In this document: piece by piece, positions 18,212 through 27,012 of the stretch
How positions within the stretch are numbered: position 1 is the first letter of the stretch
Layout of the letters: each line of letters opens with the position of its first letter
NCBI GenBank assembly: GCA_045805965.1
Contig: JBJMKF010000016.1
Location: forward strand, 30,908-94,907
Length of the DNA: 64,000 nt
Source: Gaiellaceae bacterium
Lineage (GTDB): Bacteria > Actinomycetota > Thermoleophilia > Gaiellales > Gaiellaceae
Reading direction: 5' to 3'
Made by a program: the position numbers and the translations under genes
Notes under the pieces: generated by a model
Database searches by the model: none
The model's input: only the letters and a program-made list of their open reading frames with translations
Told to the model about the DNA's origin: nothing

Positions 18212-18649
18212 CTACACCAGGCTTCGCTGCGTCACCGGCGGGAGGAGCTCGTCGTAGAGCTCGTCGACGCGGCGGTGCAGGGCGAGGAAGGCTGCGCCGA
18301 GCTTCTCGGTCTCGTCGTCGCTGAGGCTCCCGGCATCCATCCGGCGCACAGCCTGCCGCTCGAGCAGCTCTCCGAGAATTTCGACGAGCACGAGGACGAG
18401 CTGCGCGAGGCCGCGCTGAAGCGAGTTCTCGTCCGCGTCGACGCGAGCCGGCATCCGCGCGCGCCTTTCGCGTCGCTCGCGGTGCGGGAACTCGAGGTCG
18501 TCCGCGCCCTCGGTGCCGACGGAGGCGAGCAGCGCCTTCAGCCGCAGGGCAATGAGGTCGACGCCGGCGACCGAGATGGTTACGTCGCCGCCCGCCGCGA
18601 CACCCGTGTCGACGAGCGAGTCGAGAAGATCGACGAGGGCGTCGCTCAC
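18212..18649 (-). CDS. gvpK: Gas vesicle protein: GvpS-like (GvpA/J fold) fused in frame to GvpK-like
   Basis: GTG 18649 overlaps the gvpL stop (GTGA). N-terminal half is ALVDLLDSLVDTGVAAGGDVTISVAGVDLIALRLKALLASV. C-terminal half is LAQLVLVLVEILGELLERQAVRRMDAGSLSDDETEKLGAAF. No stop codon lies between the two halves. Confidence 0.7.
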   Translation of the reverse strand: MSDALVDLLDSLVDTGVAAGGDVTISVAGVDLIALRLKALLASVGTEGADDLEFPHRERRERRARMPARVDADENSLQRGLAQLVLVLVEILGELLERQAVRRMDAGSLSDDETEKLGAAFLALHRRVDELYDELLPPVTQRSLV

Positions 18650-19335
18650 GGCAAGCGCGCGAACGAGTACGGCGGCCACGGGCCGGTGACCCGCAGCTCG
18701 TATCCCTCGGCCTCGAGATCCGAGATGGCGGCCGCAAACTCGTCCTGCCGAGCGGTGGCGACGAGGTACGCGTTGCCGGCAACGTCTTCGCTCGCTGCGG
18801 CGAGCCGTTCGCGCAATCCCGGCCGTGCCGTCGTCGCAAGGCGGGCGCCGAGGTACTGGGCGGCGTCCACCTCCGGCACGCTCCCGACTGTCTCGACGCT
18901 CCACTCGGCGTTGCCACGCAACCGGTCGAGCTCAGCGGCGAGAGCCGCATGATGTAGTTCGAGCCACGCCTCGAGTGCCTCGCGGTCTGGGAACGTCGTA
19001 CCAAAACGGAAGGGCACGACAGCGCCTTCCTCGAGCGCGGCGAGCAGCAGTTCGTTGTGCGCGCGCACGAGCCGCTCGAGCCGGGATTCGTCCTCGAGGT
19101 CTCCCGGCTGGAGCTCGAGCACGAGCGGTCGGACGCGGTCGGCCACGCCGGCTAGCGCGACAAGTGGCCGTCCCCCCAGCTTTTCCCCGACGCGACGCAG
19201 GAGATCCTCGGAGAAGAGACGGCGCAGGGTCTCGGCGACTTCCGCCCGCGCGTCGCCTTCCGCCTGCCTGATCAGGTCGCCGACGTCGAGCTCGCGCTCG
19301 GCGAGGATCCGTGCGAGCTCCTCGTGGGAGCTCAC
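18646..19335 (-). CDS. gvpL: Gas vesicle protein GvpL/GvpF family
   Basis: AVVPFRFGTTFPDREALEAWL...LRVTGPWPPYSFARL is the GvpF/L signature C-terminus. 4-nt overlap with gvpJ. Confidence 0.8.
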   Translation of the reverse strand: MSSHEELARILAERELDVGDLIRQAEGDARAEVAETLRRLFSEDLLRRVGEKLGGRPLVALAGVADRVRPLVLELQPGDLEDESRLERLVRAHNELLLAALEEGAVVPFRFGTTFPDREALEAWLELHHAALAAELDRLRGNAEWSVETVGSVPEVDAAQYLGARLATTARPGLRERLAAASEDVAGNAYLVATARQDEFAAAISDLEAEGYELRVTGPWPPYSFARLP

Positions 19336-19646
19336 CGGCCGTTCCTTTCGACCGCGCGCTCGAGCCGTTCGAGGCGCTCACGCAGGTCGCGGTTCTCCTG
19401 CTCCAGCTGGCGGTCGCGAGCGCGCGAGCTGAGCGCGGGGTCGTGCTCCCACCAGTCGATGCCCATCGACTTGGCCGTATCGGCGGAGGCGATCAGCAAC
19501 CGCAGCTTGAGCGTCAGCAGCTCGATGTCGAGCAGGTTCACCTGCACGTCGCCGGCGATGACGATTCCCTTGTCGAGCACCCGCTCGAGCAGGTCGGCCA
19601 GCGTCGCGCCGGAGGGCGGTTGGGCACGCGTTTCGAGAGCACTCAT
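19332..19646 (-). CDS. gvpJ: Gas vesicle protein GvpJ (GvpA/J family)
   Basis: LADLLERVLDKGIVIAGDVQVNLLDIELLTLKLRLLIASADTA. Confidence 0.85.
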   Translation of the reverse strand: MSALETRAQPPSGATLADLLERVLDKGIVIAGDVQVNLLDIELLTLKLRLLIASADTAKSMGIDWWEHDPALSSRARDRQLEQENRDLRERLERLERAVERNGR

Positions 19647-19945
19647 TCGTCCTCCTGCCGTTGCGTCGGATCCACCTGGTTGCGCGGGTAGCGGCGCGTC
19701 CGGTGCGCGCCGACGAGGTTCCCGTCCCCGTCGAGTGTCGCTTCGTAGGTGCCGAGCACGCTCGTCGTGTCGGGGATGCGGGGGAGCTCGAGCAGCTCGA
19801 GGGTGATCGTCCAGCCTTTGCCGTCGCCGTTTTCCTGCTCGAAGCCGGAGACGGCATCGACGGGCTTGCCGAACAGCTCCTCCATCTGCTCGCGGGCGCG
19901 GCCGACGACCTCAGGCGGAGACAGGTTCTTCTTGCTCTCAGCCAT
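19643..19945 (-). CDS. gvpO: Gas vesicle protein GvpO
   Basis: ARAREQMEELFGKPVDAVSGFEQENGDGKGWTITLELLELPRIPDTTSVLGTYEATLDGDGNLVG. Confidence 0.8.
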   Translation of the reverse strand: MAESKKNLSPPEVVGRAREQMEELFGKPVDAVSGFEQENGDGKGWTITLELLELPRIPDTTSVLGTYEATLDGDGNLVGAHRTRRYPRNQVDPTQRQEDE

Positions 19946-20159
19946 TGAGGCTGTCGAGGAGCTCCCGCTCCAGCGCTTCGTAGGTTTCCTCGTCGATCTC
20001 GCCGCGATCGAGCGCCGCCTCGGCGTTGGCCAGCTCGGCGCGGATGCGTCCCGGGTCGTGGAGCTGCGCCTCGGCCTCGTCGACGACCTGCTCGAACACC
20101 CATGCGAGCCCGCGCACCGGCGCGAGCGGAAGCGTGAGCAGGCCGCCGATCAGTCCCAT
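19938..20159 (-). CDS. gvpG: Gas vesicle protein GvpG
   Basis: [43 protein letters not shown]...GEIDEETYEALERELL. Confidence 0.75.
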   Translation of the reverse strand: MGLIGGLLTLPLAPVRGLAWVFEQVVDEAEAQLHDPGRIRAELANAEAALDRGEIDEETYEALERELLDSLNG

Positions 20160-20863
20160 CAGGCCACCGCGGGCATGGCGAGCCGGACGAAGCTGTACGG
20201 GGGTAGCGGACCGACTAGCTTGAAGTGGAGCGGTGGAGAGAGCCGCTCGGCGAGTCCCTCGAGCCGCTTCTCGATCGCACCGACCTGATCGCGGTCGATC
20301 AGCACCGCGAGGTCGAAAGCGGCGAGCTCCCCAGCCGGCTCGCTCGAGACGAAATCGAGGATGAGTGGACGCATCTCTTCGAGAACAGCGGATTCGTCGC
20401 GGGCGCGCCGCTCGTTGAGTTGCTGTCCGACGGCCTCGCCGAGTGCGATGCCTGCGTCAATGGACGGCACGGCGCGGTAGACGTCGCGAAGAGGCTGCAG
20501 CGGCGCAGCGATCTCAGCGAGCACCGAATCCTCATACGTGCCTTTGAGCGTCAGCTCGCAGGTGCGCTCGTGGCGCTCGAGCAGCTGCTCGACCTCCGGA
20601 ACGTCGAGCAGCTCGAGCGCCTCTTCGCGGCTGTCGAGAACGTGGCCGAAACGCGCGGGCAGTACGACGCCGTCCTCGTGCAGCTGCTCGACGACGTCGG
20701 CGTGTGCGAGCAGGTTCCGGCGTGTCGCCTCCACGGGCCCATCCTCGAGCGCCGACACGATCGTCGCACGATCGTCGGCGGTGACCAGAAAGACCCCATC
20801 GCCCGTGAGCCGCTTGCCGATTTCGCGCGGACGGGTGATGCCGTAGAGATAGAGCTTGCTCAC
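20159..20863 (-). CDS. gvpF: Gas vesicle protein GvpF
   Basis: [12 protein letters not shown]...[11 protein letters not shown]...[17 protein letters not shown] overlap with the gvpA stop. Confidence 0.85.
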   Translation of the reverse strand: MSKLYLYGITRPREIGKRLTGDGVFLVTADDRATIVSALEDGPVEATRRNLLAHADVVEQLHEDGVVLPARFGHVLDSREEALELLDVPEVEQLLERHERTCELTLKGTYEDSVLAEIAAPLQPLRDVYRAVPSIDAGIALGEAVGQQLNERRARDESAVLEEMRPLILDFVSSEPAGELAAFDLAVLIDRDQVGAIEKRLEGLAERLSPPLHFKLVGPLPPYSFVRLAMPAVA

Positions 20864-21282
20864 CGGTCGTTGCCACTGCTGCGCGAGCGGCTGCCGGAGC
20901 GCTCTTTGTCGTCGTCGCCGCGGTTTCCGAGGCCCATCTTCTCCTTGATCGCGTCCATGCCGCCTTCGACAGCGCCCTTGGCTTCGTGTCCGGCCATGTC
21001 TTCCCCACCTTTCTCGAACAGGTCGGGCACACTCTTGGAATCGTCCGCCGCGCGAAGATCGAGGCGGTTCACGGCCTCGGCGAAGCGCAGATACGTGTCG
21101 ACACTCGCAATCACGACGCGGAGGTCGACCGTGAGGAGCTCGATCCCCACGAGCGAGACGCGAACGTAGGCGTCGATAACGAGTCCTCGATCGAGCAGGA
21201 TCTCCAGGACGTCGGCCAGCCCACTCGAGCGTGGGGCTCGAGTGATGTAGCCCGCCGACGATTCGCGTTGCATCACCGCCAC
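20860..21282 (-). CDS. gvpA: Major gas vesicle structural protein GvpA, actinomycete type with hydrophilic C-terminal extension
   Basis: [61 protein letters not shown] 21282 has GGAAAGGGTG upstream. Confidence 0.9.
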   Translation of the reverse strand: MAVMQRESSAGYITRAPRSSGLADVLEILLDRGLVIDAYVRVSLVGIELLTVDLRVVIASVDTYLRFAEAVNRLDLRAADDSKSVPDLFEKGGEDMAGHEAKGAVEGGMDAIKEKMGLGNRGDDDKERSGSRSRSSGNDR

Positions 21283-21366
21283 TTCAGATCACCCTTTCCG
21301 GTTCGCTTCGGCCTTGCCGGCTGTGCGAGTCGGACTCCCCGCGCCCACATGTCGGCAAACCGCCGC

Positions 21367-21834
21367 TCATGCGTTCTTCGCCAGACCGAGCTGGCTGGCA
21401 AGGCCGAGGTAGTCCCAGCTCGACCACTCTTCGGCGATCCGGCCGCCGTCGAGCCGGAGGATCGCGATTCCGTCGATTTCTCCTTCTCGTTTCGTTTCCC
21501 CGTGGCGCGCGCGCATCGTGGCTCGCACCGCGGCGTGCCCGTTGTGGCAGAGGAGTTCTTGGAGCTCGTACTCGACCTCTGCGAACGCCTTTGCATGACC
21601 GCCCACGATGTCGACCAGCTCGTCGGCGTCACGCTCCTCCATGCCCTCGAGCGTGTGGACGTGAGCCAGATAGTCGTCGGTCACGAGATCTCTGATCGCG
21701 TCGCCGTCGCCCTCAGACCAGGCGTCGAAGTACGCTCGGACGACGTCCCCCGACCCTGCACGGCGGCGACGGAGCGAGTGCGCGAGCGCAGCTGCGAGAG
21801 CGACAGCGCCAATTCTCAGCGCCAGCCGCTTCAT
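21367..21834 (-). CDS. SnoaL/NTF2-like fold protein with N-terminal signal or anchor sequence
   Basis: MKRLALRIGAVALAAALA then VVRAYFDAWSEGDGDAIRDLVTDDYLAHV...LRLDGGRIAEEWSSWD. Confidence 0.7.
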   Translation of the reverse strand: MKRLALRIGAVALAAALAHSLRRRRAGSGDVVRAYFDAWSEGDGDAIRDLVTDDYLAHVHTLEGMEERDADELVDIVGGHAKAFAEVEYELQELLCHNGHAAVRATMRARHGETKREGEIDGIAILRLDGGRIAEEWSSWDYLGLASQLGLAKNA

Positions 21835-22487
21835 CGATCGAGGACGACCCGCTCAGGCGGGAGGAGGATCTCCTTCTCCCCCTCGAAGCACGCGTCGAGG
21901 TAGATGCGCACCGAACGCTCCCGGGCGTTCACTCCCACGATCGTCCCGGCGGCCGAAGCGCCTTTGCCGAGGAAGATGCCGAGATAGGGCAACCCCGAAA
22001 GATCGACCCGTACGCGTGCGCCGGGAAGGTACGGTGCCGCGCCGACGTACGCAACCGGAGCCGGTGTCGGCTGCGGCGGCGGCGACCATTCGAGCTCGGC
22101 GTTCCAATCGAGCTTCGTCTCGTCGGCGCGCGGCTGTGAGTTGCCCTGGGGTCCGCTCGACTGCCTCTCGCGGTCGTCCCCGTCCGCGTCCACTTCCTCG
22201 TCCACTTCCTCGTCCTCGTCCTCGTCCTCGTCGGAGTCGTCGCGTGCCGCGAGCGCCTTCTCGATCTCGTCCTTCGTCAAGCGGCTCTCGACGGCCTGGA
22301 CGAGCTCGTCCTTCGTGCGCGAGGACAGCTTCTTCAACAGCTCGTCCTTGGTTCCCTCGCTGTCGTCGTCGAGCAGCTTCGAGATCTCGTCCTTCTTCAA
22401 CCGCGAGCCCAGCAGCTCGACGAGCTCGGCCTTCGTGGACTGTGAGCTCAGCTCGTCGACGAGCTCCGACTTCGTTTCCGACGCCAT
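21831..22487 (-). CDS. Hypothetical protein: HeH/SAP-like TK-x-EL repeats, poly-acidic tract and a C-terminal beta-rich domain
   Basis: ATG 22487 is preceded by AAGGAG; the ORF-track N-terminus (to 22763) would overlap a tRNA. Repeats TKSELVDEL / TKAELVELL / TKDELLKKL / TKDELVQAV / TKDEIEKAL. DSDEDEDEDEEVDEEVDADGDD acidic tract. ATGA overlap with the next gene. Confidence 0.65.
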   Translation of the reverse strand: MASETKSELVDELSSQSTKAELVELLGSRLKKDEISKLLDDDSEGTKDELLKKLSSRTKDELVQAVESRLTKDEIEKALAARDDSDEDEDEDEEVDEEVDADGDDRERQSSGPQGNSQPRADETKLDWNAELEWSPPPQPTPAPVAYVGAAPYLPGARVRVDLSGLPYLGIFLGKGASAAGTIVGVNARERSVRIYLDACFEGEKEILLPPERVVLDR

Positions 22488-22566
22488 GACGCTCCTTGTC
22501 CGAGATGCAGGGGAAACGTTCCCCCGGCAGTCGAAACGCGAACACGGGCGTGCGCGATACGCCGAA

Positions 22567-22639
22567 TGGACCCAGCCGGGCTCGAACCGGCGACCTTCGC
22601 GCTGCCAGCGCGACGCTCTCCCAGCTGAGCTATGGGCCC
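22567..22639 (-). tRNA. tRNA-Ala (anticodon GGC)
   Basis: The minus strand GGGCCCATAGCTCAGCTGGGAGAGCGTCGCGCTGGCAGCGCGAAGGTCGCCGGTTCGAGCCCGGCTGGGTCCA folds by hand into a cloverleaf. G3:U70 Ala identity pair, anticodon loop CT-GGC-AG, no encoded CCA. Confidence 0.9.
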
Positions 22640-22744
22640 GTGGGAAGGCGATTGTAGCCGCCCTCGGACCGCGGCAGATGGCTGGCCGGGGTCGTGCCTG
22701 CATGAGGAGGCATCGGCTCCGCAGTGCCTGCCTAGACTCCGTGG

Positions 22745-23176
22745 GTGAGCGAGGAGCCTGCAAGCAGGGAAAGCGCCGAGCTCCTTCTCCGCGGCTACCA
22801 CGCCTTCGTCGCGGGAGATCTCGAGGCGATCGAGGAGATGCTCGATCCCGACGTGGAATGGGTCGCCGCAGGGGAGTCCGAGGCGATCGTCATCAGCCGC
22901 GACCGCGTGCTCGAGGTCGTCGCCGAGCGCGCCGCGGAGGGATACCACGTCGTCGTCGACCGCGCGACCGGGCTCGCCGACCGTGTCGTCGTCAGCATGC
23001 GTTTCTCGCGGATCGAGATCGATCCCTCCGACGAGCGACCGTTGCAAAGCCGCCGCTCGTATCTCCTGGGCCGCTGGGCTGCCGTCGTGCACACGCGCGA
23101 TGGGCGGGTCGTTCGGGTCGAGGAGCACCCGCATCTCGAGTCGGCTCTCGAGGCGGCCGATCTCGGCACTGAGTAG
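22745..23176 (+). CDS. NTF2/SnoaL-like fold protein
   Basis: AELLLRGYHAFVAGDLEAIEEMLDPDVEWV... is a typical SnoaL_2/DUF4440-type N-terminus. GTG start. Confidence 0.7.
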   Translation: MSEEPASRESAELLLRGYHAFVAGDLEAIEEMLDPDVEWVAAGESEAIVISRDRVLEVVAERAAEGYHVVVDRATGLADRVVVSMRFSRIEIDPSDERPLQSRRSYLLGRWAAVVHTRDGRVVRVEEHPHLESALEAADLGTE

Positions 23177-23200
23177 GTACAATCGGGATACCTACTACAG
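23169..23200 (+). promoter_or_regulatory. Inverted repeat overlapping a TACAAT -10-like box just upstream of lon
   Basis: gtaggta-caatcggga-tacctac (23173..23195) has outer arms ctga/tacag. TACAAT lies at 23178..23183. Confidence 0.3.
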
Positions 23201-23219
23201 CTTGGAGTGTGATTCAGCC

Positions 23220-25514
23220 TTGTCCGATCTCTTGCTCGTCCCGTTGGAGGACACGGTCGTCTTCCCCGGCATGAACGTCACCCTCACGGTGGACGTCGGG
23301 GACGAGGATCGCGTCGTGCTCGTGCCGCGTCATGAAAGCGAATACGCGGCCGTCGGCACCGTTGCCGAGGTCACCGATCGCGTTCGGATGCGCGGCGGTG
23401 TGCGCGCGGTCACGCTCGACGGCCTCCATCGCGGCGTCATCGGCGCCGCCCACACCGATGCCCTGGGCGGCCTGCGTGCCGAGGTCGACGAACGTCCGGA
23501 CGAGAACCCGCCGCCTGTCCAGACGCGGGACCTCGAGCGCGAGTACCGCGCCGTCGTCGAGGAGATTCTCGACCTGCGCGGCGCGGACGATCGCGTCCGT
23601 GAGTTCCTTCGCGCGATCAGCGAGGCCGGCGCGCTCGCCGACACGTGCGCGTACGCGCCCGACATCACGTTCGCCCAGCGCGTCGAGCTGCTCGAGACGG
23701 TCGACGTCGTCGAGCGGCTGAAGCTCTCTCTCGAGCTCCAACGCGAACGGCTCGCCGAGCTGCAGGTGAGGCAGCGCATCCGCGACGACGTCGAGGAGGG
23801 CGCGCAGAAGCAGCAGCGCGAGTGGTTCCTGCGCCAGCAGATGAACTCGATCCGCAAGGAGCTCGGCGAGGACGAGGGGTCCGTCGTCGAGGAGTACCGG
23901 ACGAAGATCGACGAGGCAGGGATGCCCGAAGAGGTGCGGGGGCAGGCCGAGCGCGAGCTGCGGCGCCTGGAGTCGATGGGCGACGCGAGCGGCGAGGCAT
24001 CGATGATCCGCACGTACCTCGACTGGCTCATCTCCGTGCCGTGGTCGAAGCGAAGCGACGAGACACTCGACCCGACGGGCGCGAGGGATGTCCTCGACGC
24101 CGACCACGCGGGTCTCCAAGACGTCAAGGATCGGATCGTCGAGTACCTCGCGGTTCGCAAGCTCCGCCAGGACCGCGGAATCCCGAACGACAAGAAGAGC
24201 GGGGCAATCCTGACGCTGATCGGGCCTCCCGGCACCGGCAAGACGTCGATCGGCGAATCGGTCGCCCGCGCGCTCAACCGCGAGTTCGTGCGCATGTCGC
24301 TCGGCGGCATCCGCGACGAGGCCGAGATCCGCGGCCATCGGCGCACGTACATCGGCGCGCTCCCGGGCCGGCTCGTCCGCGCGCTGCGCGACGCGGGCAC
24401 GATGAACCCGGTCATCCTCCTCGACGAGGTGGACAAGGTCGGCGCCGACTGGCGCGGCGATCCGTCTGCGGCTCTGCTGGAGGTGCTCGATCCGGCGCAG
24501 AACCATTCGTTTCGGGACCACTACCTCGACGTCGAGCTCGACCTCTCCGAGGTCTTCTTCATCGCGACCGCGAACGTCGCCGACACGATCCCCGGCCCGC
24601 TGCTCGACCGGATGGAGGTCATCCGCTTCGACGGCTACACAGTCGACGAGAAGACGGCGATCGCGCGCGGCTACCTCTGGCCGCGGCAGGTCGAGCGGAA
24701 CGGGCTGCGCGAGGACGAGGTCTCCGTCTCGGACGACACGATCCAGCTCGTTGTCTCGGAGTACACGCGTGAGGCGGGCGTCCGGCAGCTCGAGCGCGAG
24801 TTCGGCACGATCCTCCGCAAGACCGCGACCCGCATCGCGGCGGGCCAGGCCGAGGCGCCGGTCGAGGTCGACGTGGACGTCGTGAGGGATGCTCTCGGCC
24901 GCCAGAAGTTCTTTCAAGAGGCGGCAGAGCGCACAGCCGTTCCCGGCGTCGCGACCGGCCTTGCCGTGACCGGCACCGGCGGGGACGTGCTCTTCGTCGA
25001 GGCGACCTCGATGGACGGCGGCAACGGCAACGAGCTCGTCCTCACCGGACAGCTCGGCGACGTGATGAAGGAGTCGGCCCGCATCGCGCTCTCCTTCGTC
25101 CACTCGCACGCGGAGGAGCTCGGGGTCGGGCACGACGCGTTCAAGGACAAGTCGTTCCATGTCCACGTCCCGGCGGGCGCGATCCCGAAGGACGGCCCGA
25201 GCGCGGGGATCACGATGACGACTGCGCTCGCGTCGCTCCTGTCGGACCGTCCGGTGAAGCACACGGTCGGCATGACCGGCGAGGTGACGCTGCAGGGCCG
25301 CGTCCTGCCGATCGGCGGGCTGAAGCAGAAGGTGCTGGCGGCCCACGCCGCCGGGCTGACCGACGTGATCATCCCGGAACGGAACCGCGCCGATCTCGAC
25401 GACGTGCCGGAGGACGTGCGCGAGGCGATGCGCTTCCACCCGGTGATGACGCTCGGCGAGGTGCTCGACCTTGCGCTCGAGCCCAAGCTGAAGCCGAGCC
25501 TGCACGCCGCCTAG
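23220..25514 (+). CDS. lon: ATP-dependent Lon protease
   Basis: LSDLLLVPLEDTVVFPGM N-domain; Walker A GPPGTGKTS; catalytic PKDGPSAGITM. The start is TTG 23220, or TTG 23202. The ORF-track start 22983 overlaps the upstream gene. Confidence 0.9.
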   Translation: MSDLLLVPLEDTVVFPGMNVTLTVDVGDEDRVVLVPRHESEYAAVGTVAEVTDRVRMRGGVRAVTLDGLHRGVIGAAHTDALGGLRAEVDERPDENPPPVQTRDLEREYRAVVEEILDLRGADDRVREFLRAISEAGALADTCAYAPDITFAQRVELLETVDVVERLKLSLELQRERLAELQVRQRIRDDVEEGAQKQQREWFLRQQMNSIRKELGEDEGSVVEEYRTKIDEAGMPEEVRGQAERELRRLESMGDASGEASMIRTYLDWLISVPWSKRSDETLDPTGARDVLDADHAGLQDVKDRIVEYLAVRKLRQDRGIPNDKKSGAILTLIGPPGTGKTSIGESVARALNREFVRMSLGGIRDEAEIRGHRRTYIGALPGRLVRALRDAGTMNPVILLDEVDKVGADWRGDPSAALLEVLDPAQNHSFRDHYLDVELDLSEVFFIATANVADTIPGPLLDRMEVIRFDGYTVDEKTAIARGYLWPRQVERNGLREDEVSVSDDTIQLVVSEYTREAGVRQLEREFGTILRKTATRIAAGQAEAPVEVDVDVVRDALGRQKFFQEAAERTAVPGVATGLAVTGTGGDVLFVEATSMDGGNGNELVLTGQLGDVMKESARIALSFVHSHAEELGVGHDAFKDKSFHVHVPAGAIPKDGPSAGITMTTALASLLSDRPVKHTVGMTGEVTLQGRVLPIGGLKQKVLAAHAAGLTDVIIPERNRADLDDVPEDVREAMRFHPVMTLGEVLDLALEPKLKPSLHAA

Positions 25515-25518
25515 CTCG

Positions 25519-25836
25519 ATGCGCTGCCGTCCCTGCCAGCCGCTTCCCGAGGAGGTCGCGCGCGCTGCCGACCTCCTCGGGCGGCGCTGGGCGCTCGCAA
25601 TCCTCTGGGCGGCGGCCGAGGCGGGCGCCGTCCGCTTCAACGAGTTCAAGCAGACCCTCGAGGGCATTCCTCCGCGAACGCTCGCCGCGCGCCTGAGCGA
25701 GTTGGAGGAGGCGGGTGTGCTCGAGCGGCGCGTCTTCGACTCGCGGCCGCCGCGCGTCGAGTATCGCCTCACCGAGGTCGGACGGCGTCTCAATTACGTG
25801 GTCGAGGCACTGAACGCCTGGGCCACGTCCGCGTAG
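25519..25836 (+). CDS. HxlR-family winged-helix transcriptional regulator
   Basis: DLLGRRWALAILWAAAEAGAVRFNEFKQTLEGIPPRTLAARLSELEEAGVLERR...PPRVEYRLTE. Confidence 0.85.
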   Translation: MRCRPCQPLPEEVARAADLLGRRWALAILWAAAEAGAVRFNEFKQTLEGIPPRTLAARLSELEEAGVLERRVFDSRPPRVEYRLTEVGRRLNYVVEALNAWATSA

Positions 25837-26877
25837 CTAGGCCGGAGCGAGTGCGGCGATCTCGCGCTCGCGGGCGAGTCGCTCGAGAGCCATGGTCTCG
25901 ATCTGGCGCACGCGCTCGCGGGTGAGGCCCATCTCTCGCCCGATTGTCTCCAGAGACTTCGGATCCCGGTCCCCGTTGAGCCCGTAGCGGAGCTTGATCA
26001 CGTGCTGCTCGCGCTCCGGCAGCTTCTCGACCGCAGCGCGCAGCAGATGCTCGCTGAGACCGACGACGACCTCCTCTTCGACGTCGCCCTTGTCGGTGGC
26101 GACGATGTCGCCGAAGGCCGTGTCGCTCTCGTCGCCGAGCGGCTTGTCGAGGCTCGCCACGGCACGCGCCGCCGCGCGCACCTCGCGGACGTGCTTGAGG
26201 GAGAGCTTGGCGGTCTTCGCAATTTCCTCGTCGGTCGGCGGCCGCTCGAGTTTCAGGGTCAGCTCTCTTTCGGCGCGGGCGATCTTCTGCTCGCGCTCGA
26301 CGATGTGCACGGGGATCCGGATCGTGCGCGACTTGTTCGCGACCCCGCGCTGCACCGCCTGGCGGATCCACCACGTCGCGTACGTCGAGAACTTGTAGCC
26401 GCGCCGCCAGTCGAACTTCTCCACCGCGCGGATCAGCCCGATGATCCCCTCCTGGATCAGGTCGAGCAGCGAGAGGCCGTGGCCCTGATACTTCTTCGCG
26501 ATCGAGACCACGAGGCGGAGGTTCGAGTTGATCATCCTGTCCTTCGCCTGGGGGTCGCCGCGCTCGATGCGCTTCGCGAGCTCCACCTCCTCGGCTGCGG
26601 TCAGCAGCGGATAGCGGCCCGCCTCGTTGAGGAACAGCTGCAGCGAGTCGGTCGTCATCGCGGCGACCGTCTCGTTCGAGAAGTGCGTCTCCTCCACGTC
26701 CGGGAGGCTGCAGTCGTCGGTGAGCTCGATCCCCTGCTTCTCGAGCTGCTCGTACAGCGCAGAGACCTCGTCGTCGCCGAGGTCCATCTCGGTCAGGAGC
26801 TGGGTGAGGGCCGACAGGTTCACACAGCCGGCATCGTGGGCGTGCTCCATCAGAGCACGAAGCTGGTCATGGCTCAT
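25837..26877 (-). CDS. RNA polymerase sigma-70 factor (group 1/2, RpoD-like, short N-terminus)
   Basis: [38 protein letters not shown] (region 2); RTIRIPVH; region 4 [19 protein letters not shown]. Confidence 0.9.
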   Translation of the reverse strand: MSHDQLRALMEHAHDAGCVNLSALTQLLTEMDLGDDEVSALYEQLEKQGIELTDDCSLPDVEETHFSNETVAAMTTDSLQLFLNEAGRYPLLTAAEEVELAKRIERGDPQAKDRMINSNLRLVVSIAKKYQGHGLSLLDLIQEGIIGLIRAVEKFDWRRGYKFSTYATWWIRQAVQRGVANKSRTIRIPVHIVEREQKIARAERELTLKLERPPTDEEIAKTAKLSLKHVREVRAAARAVASLDKPLGDESDTAFGDIVATDKGDVEEEVVVGLSEHLLRAAVEKLPEREQHVIKLRYGLNGDRDPKSLETIGREMGLTRERVRQIETMALERLAREREIAALAPA

Positions 26878-27012
26878 GTCGGTCCTATTGCCGGGGTCGG
26901 CGGATCGGTAACGCGCGCATGGTGTGGAGAGGTCTTGACTGGGCCCGGCCGCTCACCGGCGGCTTTGCCGCCGGTGATTGCAGCCATCCATTCAGGGGTA
27001 CACTCAGACGCA

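Noticed and set aside
18172-22639. The gvp region as a tRNA-integrated genomic island or prophage remnant.
   Set aside because: It lies at a tRNA 3' end. But there is no integrase, no repeat of the tRNA 3' end near 18172..18215, and no visible composition change. I kept it only as a side remark.
22488-22763. N-terminal 92 codons of ORF 21831..22763.
   Set aside because: This part overlaps the tRNA-Ala(GGC) gene on the same strand. The internal ATG 22487 has a strong AAGGAG Shine-Dalgarno, and the repeat protein clearly begins there.
26002-27012. The 433-aa plus-strand ORF 26002..27303 as a whole.
   Set aside because: Its first ~337 codons are antisense to the well-supported sigma-70 gene and look like shadow sequence. 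Only the last 96 codons, from GTG 27013, have membrane-protein character.
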